NCBI GenBank assembly: GCA_027858955.1
Contig: JAQIBR010000205.1
Location: 3,845 to 67,844, forward strand
Reading direction: 5' to 3'
Origin: Bacteroidales bacterium
Lineage (GTDB): Bacteria; Bacteroidota; Bacteroidia; Bacteroidales; UBA12170
DNA length: 64,000 bases
The number at the start of each line of letters is the position of its first letter. Position 1 is the stretch's first letter. Positions 9,201 to 19,800 of this stretch are shown here, in pieces. The position numbers and the translations under genes are program-made. The notes beneath the pieces were generated by a model. It saw only the letters and a list, made by a program, of their open reading frames with translations, was not told where the DNA came from and did no database searches.

Positions 9201-10977
9201 CAACATTCTCTTTTTCTTCTATTTCAATAATTTTTTTCTCTGCTTCGCGAATGATTAAATCAGTATTTTCAAGGGTAGTACCACTAGGTAAGGTGGCATA
9301 AAGGGTTAAATCTCTAAGCTCTGCTTCCTGATTACTCACTGCACTCAATGAAATACTTAATAATAAGGTGACAAAGAATAAACCCAGAGCTCCCATTACC
9401 GTTTTCCCAGGATTACGCATGCAAGTTTTTAAAAAGACAAAATAGATCTGAATGAGACGGTTATGATGATCAATATTTTCAAAGCAGACTGGTTTTGTAT
9501 CTTTTTTCAGGACAAGGAAAAAGTGAGTAACCATAGGCACCAAAAATAAGGCGACGGCCAAGGATACTACTAAAGTCGAAATAATAGAAACGCCAATGTT
9601 TTTTCCTAATATTCCAACAAAGAAATTGGTTGAGAATACGAAGGGTAAAAAGACCATAATTGTGGTCAAAGTAGCAGCGAATATCGAACGCCAAACTTCC
9701 TTTGTTCCTTGAATTACCGCTTGATCAGGATGCATTTTTTTAGCAGCCAGCCTGTAGATGTTTTCCAGTACCACAACACTATTGTCAAGGAGCATTCCAA
9801 TGGCTAAAGCCATGCCTAAAAGCGTTAAACTATTCAGGCTGATTTCTGCTGCGTAAAAGAAGTTAAATGCAGTAAAAACGGAGATAGGTATAGCCAGCGC
9901 AATAGCAGTAACCAATCGGATGTTCCGCAGAAAAATCCACAAAATAAAAATAGCTAATATTCCTCCAACCATCGCCAATTGCATGATAAGATCGATATTG
10001 TTTTCCATGGTTTCGGCCGTATTGGTTTGAATAACCAATTCAACATCTTTGTCGGCCAAAGCTTTATTTAGTACTGCAATCTGTTCTTTTACATCATCGG
10101 CTAAATCGATGATATTTGATTGAGCATCTCGTGTAAGCTGTATCGTAACAGCATCCATTCCGTTAACCCTACTGTAGGAATCTTCTTCGATAACTCCAAA
10201 ATTAATTTCAGCAATATCTTTTAATCGGATGGATCCTTGTTCTTTAATAATCAATTCATAGATGTCGGTGATATCATCAAATTCAGAAACCACATTTACG
10301 AAATGCAATTGATTGTTTTTTGTGACTTTCCCGGTAAAGACCCTGGCTCTGCTATTACTATTTAAAGCTGTACGAACATCTGCGGGACTGATGTCGTAGG
10401 CTTCACAAACGTCTTCTTTAAGTGTAATTTCGATGGATTTGTCGCGACCCCCAAATACTTCAGCATTGGCAACCCCTTCAATATTCTTCAGTTTATTGAT
10501 GATTTCTTTTTCCACTACCTGACGAACCCGATCAACGCCACCACTGCCTCGAACCTGAAGACTCATAAACATATTGTTCAAAGTCTCCAAATCGAATTTG
10601 AAAACATTGACAATAAATTCTTCAGGGATATTCTTTTTGGTTTCATCAATCTTCTCTACCAATTTTAGATAGGCATATTTGATATTGGTAGACTGCCTGA
10701 AACTGATACGGATATTGCCGCTTTGTTGTCCTGCAGTGGATTCAATTTTTTCAACGCCTTCCAATCCCCCAATGGCTCCTTCCAGTGGGATGATTGCCTG
10801 GCTTTCCATATAGCGCGGATCAACCTCGAGACCGGTATTTACTTGCACAAACAACATCGGTAGGGTTGCGTTCGGGTACAACTCCACATCCAGCTGCTTA
10901 TAGGAAAAATACCCCAACATGGTCAATGCTGTGAAGACCATGAGAATTAGGGTTTTTCTTTTTATGATAAAGTTCAT
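6262..10977 (-). CDS. AcrB-family RND permease fused to a C-terminal ABC ATPase (1571 aa)
   Basis: RND motifs GMLLDNSVVVLENI, GIVVNNGIIMID and RVRPILITAITT are followed by GPNGAGKS, FSGGMKQR, ILVVDEPTAG and IFSTH. Confidence 0.9.
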   Translation of the reverse strand: MNFIIKRKTLILMVFTALTMLGYFSYKQLDVELYPNATLPMLFVQVNTGLEVDPRYMESQAIIPLEGAIGGLEGVEKIESTAGQQSGNIRISFRQSTNIKYAYLKLVEKIDETKKNIPEEFIVNVFKFDLETLNNMFMSLQVRGSGGVDRVRQVVEKEIINKLKNIEGVANAEVFGGRDKSIEITLKEDVCEAYDISPADVRTALNSNSRARVFTGKVTKNNQLHFVNVVSEFDDITDIYELIIKEQGSIRLKDIAEINFGVIEEDSYSRVNGMDAVTIQLTRDAQSNIIDLADDVKEQIAVLNKALADKDVELVIQTNTAETMENNIDLIMQLAMVGGILAIFILWIFLRNIRLVTAIALAIPISVFTAFNFFYAAEISLNSLTLLGMALAIGMLLDNSVVVLENIYRLAAKKMHPDQAVIQGTKEVWRSIFAATLTTIMVFLPFVFSTNFFVGILGKNIGVSIISTLVVSLAVALFLVPMVTHFFLVLKKDTKPVCFENIDHHNRLIQIYFVFLKTCMRNPGKTVMGALGLFFVTLLLSISLSAVSNQEAELRDLTLYATLPSGTTLENTDLIIREAEKKIIEIEEKENVVSQVYEGEAILTIKLLKDYKGIRNSSIPSIKNEILEKIDDLPLADFSWDPPTSGGRFGNGGFDEADDFGSILGIGSQNESIIIKGQDFDQMLNLANDVKYYIEQLSSINRINIRIPNKRPELQLNMDKQLLAAYDIPLANVMSELNSFQHEFSTGVTFKQGTEDYDIRIKTIGNDKQEERNVDDLRKLDIRGTQGTSFEMQDISRFNFTQGLSTIRRSNQEKQLTLSYSFLSEISDDNDLLEAARLEIDETIEKIKLPSNMAIEVEHEDNQLAEFGFLLFMAFVLIYMILASVFESFTIPVVMMFSIPLAAIGSLVLLVLTGTSLMNANVLTGFLILLGIVVNNGIIMIDYARVLQKRGYTETRSLMMAGLARVRPILITAITTIIALIPLALGKAEYVTQIGVPFAITVIGGLTISTILTLVFIPTLYSGLQSSLAWIKGLSIPNKLILSVLYIGFGYLIYTEVDSIIWQLIDYLVLLIGVPVTIYFIQTSLRQASEKLIGEDEDLVINIRNLVKIYDWDSQFTREWKSGINIRKRLGIVHEVKSINDFEQVLWQLPLIAFGIYFIYFHLESGLWSFLLPVFLYIIIISILTPFKHYAQHLKDLEKRKLIRLLFMFTYKMLFWGFPAFALYLFNAKYDLIGLIIPMGFLWYLAILIKVTSDKIYKEKVNVNRLKGKFKGIRKAFYRFVKIIPIIGKKKVPFKAVKGVSFTIEKGMFGLLGPNGAGKSTLMRIVCGILEQSYGQITINGIDVSEKREELQGLIGYLPQEFGMYENMKAIDFLHYMGILKKLYNEEERSKRIDYVLKSVHMFDNRNEKIGSFSGGMKQRIGIAQILLNLPRILVVDEPTAGLDPRERIRFRNLLVELSKERIVIFSTHIIEDVASSCNRVAVIKEGELKYLGAPIHMAGKADGKVWMMTIPADEFDDIKDNLKIIHHMRDGDQIRIRCLADEAPSADAKSVKANLEDAYLSLLNTNKRGL

Positions 10978-11010
10978 TTTCTAGACTTTAGATAACAGAT
11001 GTAAACATCT

Positions 11011-14000
11011 TTATAAATCAATTTTTGTGAACCGGTCCTTTGTTGATTCAAATACATAATACACAGAAGGAATAACCACCAGGGTGAGCAGGGTAGAAGT
11101 TATTAATCCTCCAATAACTGCTATCGCCATAGGTGAACGTAAAGCCACGCTATCTCCAAAACCAATTGTTAGTGGTAATAGTGCAAGAATTGTAGTAACA
11201 CTAGTCATAAAAATTGGACGAATTCGATTTTCTCCTGCATTGATTATGGCGTCTTTTAGCGATAAGCCTTTTGCTTTGAATTTATTGATGGCATCCACCA
11301 AAATAATGGAATCGTTTACTGCAATTCCGGCTAACATGATTATCCCGATAAAGGCCATAATATTTAATGACTGACCCAGAAGGAAGAAAGCCCAAATGGC
11401 ACCCACGCCTGCCAATGGTATCGTTAATAAAATCGTAAATGGATGAATCAGGGATTCGAATTGAGATGCCATGACCATATAAACCAGTACTATGGATAAA
11501 ATTAATGCAAAGCCTAAGTTAGACATTGCTTCTTGCCTTTTTTGCTCTTCGCCAATCACATCTACCTGATATCCTTGTGGAATATCCATAGCCCCAATGA
11601 TGGCATCAACTTTTGCAATTGCCTGATCAAAAGCAATATCTTGTGAGATATCCGCGCTGATTTTGCTGATTCTATTTTGATTTCTACGGTGCAATTGCTT
11701 TGGAGATACAGATTCTTCAATATGTGCAAGCTCATAAAGCGGCACATAGTTGGAGCCACTACGAAGCTGGATATTGTTAAAATCGTATAAAGTTAACTCT
11801 GGCAAACGTAGTGTGATATCATTCATTTCACCCGATTGTTCATATTTTCCAGCATTTTTGCCCATGAGCAAATCTTTCAATTGTCCGCTAATATTATCTA
11901 CAGTCAGATTATGCATGGCAGCATTTTGTCGGTCGATAACAACGTCAATTTCGGGAGCACCTTCTTCAATAGAAGTTTCCAGATTCTGCAATTCGGGAAT
12001 ATTGGCCAATTGATTTTTTATATTATTTGAAATTTCCTCGAGTATATCAAGATCATCTCCTTTAACTTCGACCAATAAAGGAGCTTCATTGGTTCCCATT
12101 GTTGATTGAATGGCTGTTTCATCGCGTATGATTTGAATTTCTGCATCCGGAATATTTTCAAGTAAGCTTGATAGACTCGTGATAATTGTTTCCGATTGCT
12201 CGATTGCATCCTTTACCAAACGAACTTTTATGCTTGCTGTATTTTCGTTCTGGAAAACAGACTTATCTGTAGCAGTACCATCGGTTGGACCAATTTGGCT
12301 AAACACTAAATCGATGTTCTCTCCCAAAGCTTCTGTAATAAGATATTCGATGGAAGCAGTGGTGGAAACTGTTCGTTGTAGCTGTGTTCCTTCTTTTAAT
12401 TTTATCTCGATACTGAATTCTCCAGTCCCGCTTTTTGGCAGATACTCGCTTCCAACAAAGGGCAGTATTGCATAAGTTCCTCCTATCATGAGAAGGGCCA
12501 CTATAATTACAAGAACTCTTTGTTCAATAATTTTTGCCAGGAGTTTGCCATACCACCCAATGCGAATGGATTTGATTTCGTTTGGCTTGCTTGCTTTTTT
12601 TCGATAGGCCCAATTGAAAAGCATAGGAATTACTAAAATGGCTACAAATAGTGAAGCGAGCAAAGAGAAAGCCACGGTCCAGGCCTGATCTTTAAATAAA
12701 GCTCCCGAAGCACCATGAAGATAAACGATAGGAAGAAATACGACAATGGTGGTTAAGGTAGAAGCCGTAATCGCACCGGCAACTTCTGCTGTCCCGGATA
12801 TAGCTGCTTCTTTTACCGACATGCCTTGTTCCATATTTCGGAAGATATTCTCCATCACTACGATGGCATTGTCCACCAGCATTCCGGCCCCCAAGGCTAA
12901 ACCTCCCAAGGTCATGATATTTAGGCTTAGTCCATTAAAATACATCAGGTTAAATGTGGCAATAACAGATATAGGAATTGCAAAGGCGATGATTAGTGTA
13001 ACTTTTATTCTCCTCAAGAAAATAAAGAGTACAAACACCGCGATTAGTATCCCGATTAAGGCAGTTTCTTCGACTTCATCAATTGATTTTTGAATAAAAT
13101 CGCCCTGATTTTGCACCGTGATAAATTGATATCCTGGCAAAGCTTTACTTATTCCAATTAATGCTTCATTAAGATTTTTTACGGCAGTTACCGTATTGAA
13201 ACCTGTTTCTTTAAATATGGATAATCCAACACAGCGTTGTCCGTTGATACGGACGATATTTTTTGGGTCTTTATTTACAAAACTGACTTTAGCAATATCT
13301 TTTAGATAGACCGGTACTTTGTCTGCAACGGTAGCTTGTTGATTTTCTGATTGTGATGAAGAAGCTGTAGGAGCTTTATAGCTGACGATGATATTTTTAA
13401 GAGCATCAAGGTCTTCAACCAAACTACTCCCTTTAATAATGTATTTTTTCCCCATCTCAACAACAGTACCGCCACTAACACTACGGTTCATATTTTGAAT
13501 CTGGCTTACTACTTGATTTACACTTAATCCATGAGCATCCAAAAGGTAAGCTTCGGTTTCGATTAAAACTTCTTTTTCTTCGGTTCCAGTCAGGTTTACT
13601 TCAGCAATTCCTTCCAGTCGGATTAACTCATTTCGGATGTAGTTTTCTCCAACTTTACGGAGTTCATCCATATCGCTAATGGTGGGATTCAACATCCCAA
13701 TTGTCATTATGGGAGAAGCATTCGGATCGTGTTGGGTGATGGTAAATTCATCGATAGTAGACATTTGACTGTAGGTAGTCATTGCTTTTTGCAAGTCTAA
13801 AAAGGCTTCGTCCATATCCGTTCCCCAACTGTATTCAACGGTCACACGTGCCGATCCAACCATACAAACAGAAGAGACCTGAATAACGCCTTTTTGTCGG
13901 ATAGCCTGGGATTCTATACTTTCTATATACTGTTTCTCGATTTCTTCAGGTGGTTGTTCGCCAGCATTGATCTCAACAAAAATTCGGGGGGCATTCATCT

Positions 14001-14118
14001 CGGGCAACAAATTGACGCTTAGCTTGCTGAATGAAATATAGCCAAGCAAAAGAATCGCTAGTACCATCATGGAGACCGTTACCGGATAATTGACAGAAAA
14101 TTGAGTTATCTTCTTCAT
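11011..14118 (-). CDS. AcrB/AcrD/AcrF-family RND permease
   Basis: 1035 aa with GMLVDNAIVVMENI, RIRPIFMTSVTT and GGLITSTLLTLVVIP. Confidence 0.92.
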   Translation of the reverse strand: MKKITQFSVNYPVTVSMMVLAILLLGYISFSKLSVNLLPEMNAPRIFVEINAGEQPPEEIEKQYIESIESQAIRQKGVIQVSSVCMVGSARVTVEYSWGTDMDEAFLDLQKAMTTYSQMSTIDEFTITQHDPNASPIMTIGMLNPTISDMDELRKVGENYIRNELIRLEGIAEVNLTGTEEKEVLIETEAYLLDAHGLSVNQVVSQIQNMNRSVSGGTVVEMGKKYIIKGSSLVEDLDALKNIIVSYKAPTASSSQSENQQATVADKVPVYLKDIAKVSFVNKDPKNIVRINGQRCVGLSIFKETGFNTVTAVKNLNEALIGISKALPGYQFITVQNQGDFIQKSIDEVEETALIGILIAVFVLFIFLRRIKVTLIIAFAIPISVIATFNLMYFNGLSLNIMTLGGLALGAGMLVDNAIVVMENIFRNMEQGMSVKEAAISGTAEVAGAITASTLTTIVVFLPIVYLHGASGALFKDQAWTVAFSLLASLFVAILVIPMLFNWAYRKKASKPNEIKSIRIGWYGKLLAKIIEQRVLVIIVALLMIGGTYAILPFVGSEYLPKSGTGEFSIEIKLKEGTQLQRTVSTTASIEYLITEALGENIDLVFSQIGPTDGTATDKSVFQNENTASIKVRLVKDAIEQSETIITSLSSLLENIPDAEIQIIRDETAIQSTMGTNEAPLLVEVKGDDLDILEEISNNIKNQLANIPELQNLETSIEEGAPEIDVVIDRQNAAMHNLTVDNISGQLKDLLMGKNAGKYEQSGEMNDITLRLPELTLYDFNNIQLRSGSNYVPLYELAHIEESVSPKQLHRRNQNRISKISADISQDIAFDQAIAKVDAIIGAMDIPQGYQVDVIGEEQKRQEAMSNLGFALILSIVLVYMVMASQFESLIHPFTILLTIPLAGVGAIWAFFLLGQSLNIMAFIGIIMLAGIAVNDSIILVDAINKFKAKGLSLKDAIINAGENRIRPIFMTSVTTILALLPLTIGFGDSVALRSPMAIAVIGGLITSTLLTLVVIPSVYYVFESTKDRFTKIDL

Positions 14119-14181
14119 GTAAAATTAATTTTTAATAAATAGGTGACATGAAACTTGAGTGCATAGTATTTCTTGTTCCGT

Positions 14182-15231
14182 TTATTTTACAATTTTAACT
14201 TTAGAGCGATCACGAAGGGTTTCAAATCCTTTGATAACCAAACGGTCGTTTTCGCTCAAGCCACTAATGACTTGAACATTATCAGGATTTTCCAAACCGA
14301 AAGTAATAATGCGTTCTTCGGCAAGTCCTTTGTTAATGACAAAAACAGTATTTCCTTTTTGTTTTGATAAGATGTATTCCTTTGGGATGACAATCGTATT
14401 TTCAGCTTTAGAAATTATGATTTCGCTCTTGGTAAACATGCCCGGCAATAGGATCAAATCTTTATTGCTTATGTTTAAAACGGCTTTGAATGAAAGTGTT
14501 TCCGGGTCGAAGGAAGGCGAGATTTGGGCGATTATTCCCTTTAGGGTATCGTCTGGTAAAGTGTAATTCATTATTCTTACTTCCTGCCCTGTATTAATTG
14601 TTTTAAAGTTTTTGCCAGCCAGGTTGACTTCCATAAATAATTCGCTGTAATCCATTATTTTAATAACGTCTTGACCAGTTGCGATTTGGGTTTTTGGTGT
14701 ATAATAGGGTAGCTCAACAATTACACCGGTAAATGGTGCTACAACTGCCATTTTCTCCAGCTGAATAAGTGCATTGTCTAAATTATTTTGAGCATTGATA
14801 TAGGCGATTTCGGAGTCTTTCACATCTTTTTGAGTTACTCCGCCTTTTTCGAAAAGTGATTTTTGTTTTTCGTAAACTTGTTTGCTGATATCTAAACTCA
14901 GTTTTAGGGAGTTATGTTTGATGTTGTTTAGGTATTCTTTATTTTCAACTAACAGAACCACATCATTTTCTTTCACTTTATCACCCAATGCATATTTTTT
15001 TCCGGTTGCGGGATTGATTTGTAAATTATATATACCGCTGATTTCTGTTTTTAAAGTGGTTTCCTTTAGCGGTTTCACGGTGCCTGTTGTGCTAATATAT
15101 TTTTCAATAGATTGCGGTTTAATTTCAAGCACAGAGACTGGTATTGAGATGTCTTTATTCAAATCTCGCTCATCATCATTGCAAGAACTGAATACCAGGA
15201 TGGCTACTAAAAATACGAAAAATCGTTTCAT
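14182..15231 (-). CDS. RND efflux periplasmic adaptor (MFP) lipoprotein
   Basis: Lipobox LVFSSC, lipoyl/hairpin pattern (VVAPFTGVIV) and C-terminal VISGLSENDRLVIKG. Likely start is ATG 15231; the ORF track gives 15261. Confidence 0.9.
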   Translation of the reverse strand: MKRFFVFLVAILVFSSCNDDERDLNKDISIPVSVLEIKPQSIEKYISTTGTVKPLKETTLKTEISGIYNLQINPATGKKYALGDKVKENDVVLLVENKEYLNNIKHNSLKLSLDISKQVYEKQKSLFEKGGVTQKDVKDSEIAYINAQNNLDNALIQLEKMAVVAPFTGVIVELPYYTPKTQIATGQDVIKIMDYSELFMEVNLAGKNFKTINTGQEVRIMNYTLPDDTLKGIIAQISPSFDPETLSFKAVLNISNKDLILLPGMFTKSEIIISKAENTIVIPKEYILSKQKGNTVFVINKGLAEERIITFGLENPDNVQVISGLSENDRLVIKGFETLRDRSKVKIVK

Positions 15232-15306
15232 GGTATTAAATTTATAAAGTGTGTATTTCATGATATTTTCTTTTATCGATTTGCTCTAATTAATAAAACT
15301 GTCAGC

Positions 15307-16809
15307 TTAATTATCTTCATTGATTGGACTGCTCATATTACTTTGTAACTCTTGTGAAATAAAAGAACGGTTATTTTCAAAATCCCAAAGCGATTGAATT
15401 TTAAGGTTCAATAATTCCAATTTATAATTGATTAAAGCATTGGCTCTGTTCATTTTCTTTTCGGATAACTGATTTTGGAAACGCTCCAAATCTATACTTG
15501 TTAAATCACCATTTCGAAAGCGTTCTAAATTGATATCGTAGGTCATTTCTGCGTTCCTTACATTTTGATCGGCTATTCCAATCTGACGAATTAAATTATT
15601 CAGATTGCGATATACTTTTCGAATATTGATGATGATATCATTTTCAAGATCTTTCAGATCAATTTTGGTAGATTCTAAGGAAAGCTCCGCTGCTTTAATT
15701 CTTGCTTTGCGTGCGCCCCAATCAAAAAGTGGGATAGAGAAAGTAATATTTGCCTGAGGGCTTTTGGTGGGTTTATCATAAACATCGGTTAAAACGGGAT
15801 CATTTCCCATCATTCCCATCGATAAGCTTACATCGCCTCTAAATTTATTATTCGCGCTAGTTTGAATTAAATCGAACTGAGCATAAGTAATGCTGATTTC
15901 TTTTTGTTGAAGTTCCAATCTTTGTTTTAATCCGTTCTCAACTGCCTGGTCAAGATTGACAGGGACTTCTTTGTATTGGATATCAGCAATCACTTCTATT
16001 TCTTCATTAAGTGAAATTCCTAATAACCTTTTAAAATCATCTTTAGAGTTTTCAAGCGCTACTTTCTGGTCTTCAAGATTTGAGCTCGATGTTGCATAAT
16101 TTAATTCTGCCTGAAATAATTCTTCTCTGGCCAATAGATCACCTTCAACTTTACTTTCCACAATACTTCTGCTTACTTTTTGATTTTCAAAGTCTTCAAT
16201 CGCAATTTGTAAGGACATTTGTTTTTGATAAATATCGTAAAATGCTTGAGAAACATATTTTTCCATATTCAACATTTCGATGGAATATGCTAACGTCGCA
16301 TTCTCTAGATTAAGTTGATTGCGCTCCAAGTTCATCTTTGTTTGATTGTAGACAAAGAGGGGTTGAACATACTGCAAATACAAATTATTACTAAAGCCTT
16401 TATCTGCAATTTCAATTCCACCCGTCCCTGAAACATTATCATAATATTCAAATCGATTGATGAGCGACAAAGTACCATCAAAAATTTTAATGGGTTGTGA
16501 AACAGATAATTGCCCTGATGATTTCATCGATTCGCTTGAATACCATGCTGACCTAAGCTCATCGTAAGAATCCTGATTTACATAAGAGAAAGGTGTAATA
16601 TCAAAGGCAAATCTCGATTTTAAAGAAGCAAGTTGCGCATTCAAAAGCTCTTTATTTTGCTCCATATTCAATCTGGAACGTTTAATATCCGGACTGTTTT
16701 CAAAAGCAATATCCAAAGCTTCTTCCAAAGTTACTTTTTGTTGCGAAAAGCCTGGAGCACTTAGGCCAGCAATCAAGCAGGTGATGAAGAGCAGTTTTGT
16801 GAATTTCAT
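15307..16809 (-). CDS. TolC-family outer membrane factor
   Basis: Signal peptide, SIPLFDWG motif and helical repeats, adjacent to the MFP and RND genes. Confidence 0.9.
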   Translation of the reverse strand: MKFTKLLFITCLIAGLSAPGFSQQKVTLEEALDIAFENSPDIKRSRLNMEQNKELLNAQLASLKSRFAFDITPFSYVNQDSYDELRSAWYSSESMKSSGQLSVSQPIKIFDGTLSLINRFEYYDNVSGTGGIEIADKGFSNNLYLQYVQPLFVYNQTKMNLERNQLNLENATLAYSIEMLNMEKYVSQAFYDIYQKQMSLQIAIEDFENQKVSRSIVESKVEGDLLAREELFQAELNYATSSSNLEDQKVALENSKDDFKRLLGISLNEEIEVIADIQYKEVPVNLDQAVENGLKQRLELQQKEISITYAQFDLIQTSANNKFRGDVSLSMGMMGNDPVLTDVYDKPTKSPQANITFSIPLFDWGARKARIKAAELSLESTKIDLKDLENDIIINIRKVYRNLNNLIRQIGIADQNVRNAEMTYDINLERFRNGDLTSIDLERFQNQLSEKKMNRANALINYKLELLNLKIQSLWDFENNRSFISQELQSNMSSPINEDN

Positions 16810-16834
16810 TGTGTATTATTTATATTGTTATCGT

Positions 16835-19800
16835 TTAATTCTTTATCCATTTAATAGCGTCGGCAGAAATCATCATGCCTTTTGATTTATTGGTCATATC
16901 AACAATTGATGTTTCGGGTGTAATGAAGAAAGTCCCCATATAATTCCATCCACTTTCTACATCTTTATCAAGTAATGTAATGTCTTCAATGCCATCTTCG
17001 TGATGTATTCTAAAATTGAAACTTGCATTGTTGTTTCTGCTTCTACCATTTCTCCTAAAACTAACATTTATCTTTTCGATGTGGCAATAGATATCGTAAT
17101 AAGCTGGTTCTGTTATTTCAGCATTCCAGGTCGCCGTTCTATTACCTTCTCCTGATGCAGTGTACAAAGCAGATCTAACATATTTACCGTAATATCCAGA
17201 TCGAACTACTGCGGTCCATCTTGATGGCGGACTCCACCAGCGAATTCCCTGGTATTTATAGCCTTCTTTTCTGCTCTTGTCAACTAAAGATTTTAAATAG
17301 CTGAGATTTAAATCCTCAAAATAGGTGAATCCTTCATCCTCATTGTCAACGATAATAGCATTTGGCTCATCTAAATTTGCAAAGAATTCAGTTGATCTTT
17401 TACCTTCAAAACCTTTTCCTTTACGAATATCATCACTACCCTCTAAGTCGTAAATCAGATTATTAGGAAGGTTCTCGGAAATGTGTGTAAAGAAATTAAT
17501 CCGAGTGGGCTCATTATTGAATATATAACCAAACTCAATAGCTTTTCCTGCAGGAATATGAATTTTTTGTGTGAAATCCGGAAGCACTTGATTGTCTTCA
17601 TTTCTAGTTTCTTGGTTTTCCATATCCGCAATGAAAGTAATGAGGCCATCAACAGGTTCTGGATTGGCAATTTTAAAAGTAACTTGATATTTGGTATAAT
17701 CTCCATCCATCACTTTAAAAGATTCAATATCCTTAATTAAAAAGCCAGGTAATTTTTTTGTTTCATACCAATCTGCTATTTCAGTTGTGATATTACTCTT
17801 GAATTGTTTTTCGAACACTTCATTTAAATCTTCAAAAGAATAGCTTTGATGCTGATGATTCTCAACAAATTGATTTAAGACGGCATTGAATTCAGCTGTT
17901 CCGTATCGGGCTCTGAATAAACTAAATAAATGATCTCCTTTTGCTTGTATGATATCGTTTAGGCTAATTTGTTCATCAAAATCAAGCGTTTTGTCACGTA
18001 TTTCTAATCCGGAAATAAGCAATTCCTGAAGTGAAGCATCTTTCAGCTCTAAATTAATACGCTCTCCTTTATTGATATCGGTAAAGAACCAGCGATAACT
18101 AGACACAACATTAGAATTCCGTTCTTTAAGATAAATACCTAGAGAAAGATCCAGCATAGGCCATTTTTCACTTCTCAATTGGCTAATAAAATTGTAATAA
18201 TTAGGAAATATAGTGAAGGAATTTCGATCCATTATTTCTTCATACTGGTACCATTCCTGATGATTTGCCATATAATTACCTCGGACAAATCGCTTGAAAA
18301 TTCTCTCTTGAATATCTTGTGGTGTTACTTCTTCATTATCCCTTTCCATACGTCTTTCGAATCGGATTTTACGACTTCTAAAATCAGTTTCTTCTAGGGT
18401 AACTCCTTTTTCAGGGTAAAAAATGATTTCGGGCTGTACCGCGTCGCTGGCAATGGAATATATGTGTTTATCCAAAGCAAAGTGTACTGGAACTTCTGCC
18501 ATAAACAAGCGTTTAAACGGGTAGGTCAGGCCAATGGCTGTTTCGTATTCATTCTTCAAATCGCGAATCATCCCCGGTAGGCTATCTGAAATATCCGTGA
18601 AGTGCTGTGTAAAGAATTCATTTCCCTTAATGGCATAAATTCCATATTCGATGGAGTCTACTGTTAGGCTGTATTTCTGATAATCGCCAATTAACAAACT
18701 AAGTTGCGTTAATGGAAATTCAGGTTCAAAAGTAAATTCGCCTGCTGCATCAGAACTCTGGGCGCCTTGTGAAATAGCCACCAGATTGTCGCTTGTAATT
18801 ACCTTAAGATTAAAATTTGTAAAATCCGGGGCGTAGTAAGCGGGCCTAACAGTTGTATAGCTTACACCTGCCGTTGGATACCATAGGGATTCCCTAGTTA
18901 AGCATACAAAGTCTTCGTTTAGATAGGCAAAGCGTTTACGGACTCTAAAGATTTCAATATTAAAATCGTTTTTAAATTCTTCGGGATCTAAATCAAGAAA
19001 ATGCGTGCGTTCATCAATACCTCCTTCGTAGTCGAAACTTAGTTCATGAGTGGATAGTTCGGAAATGGCATTTGGAAGAATTAAACGAATAAGATGCAAG
19101 TCTCGTACAAAATCAATCGCTTGATCATCGAGCTTTACAGCTCTTATTTTTAACAAGGGATTCAGATTGAAAATTAAAGTATCGATGATGGTCCCGGAAT
19201 TATTCTGTATAATTAAATCGGACTGCATCTGGATGCTTTCTCCTTTGTGGTTTAAAACGATAGTGTTTTCTATAACATCCACTTTGGTTTTGAAAGCATA
19301 TTGATTGTTCAGGGCAATCATTTCTTGCTTGAGCTCAATGGTATCTTCTTTTAAGCTGATATATTTGTTAATCAATACCCCACCGAATGCAAGGAAAATG
19401 ATACCTATAATAAGAGGAAGTGATGTTAGTTTTTTTGATTGAGGCAAGCGATTAATCTTGAATATGGTAATGAAGATCAATCCCAGGCCAAGAAAGAAAT
19501 AGATGCTTCTGTGAATCACGATTTCATTTAGGTTTCCAAAACCAGCAATTTCGGAATTCATCATGGGTACTGTATAGGCTATAAAATCGAATAAATGATA
19601 CAGTTTATTATTTAAATAGAAGATGGTTAATGCAATATAACCGAGCAGAATAATAAATGTAATGGCTTGATTTTTAAAAAGTATCATCATGCTGAAGGAC
19701 AATCCCAGAATAAAAACAAGTGTTGGCAAACTAATGAGTAGAGGGTATAAAAAGAGCTGACCTAATCCAAGGGAAGAATCACTTGCGAGAAAAGAAAACC

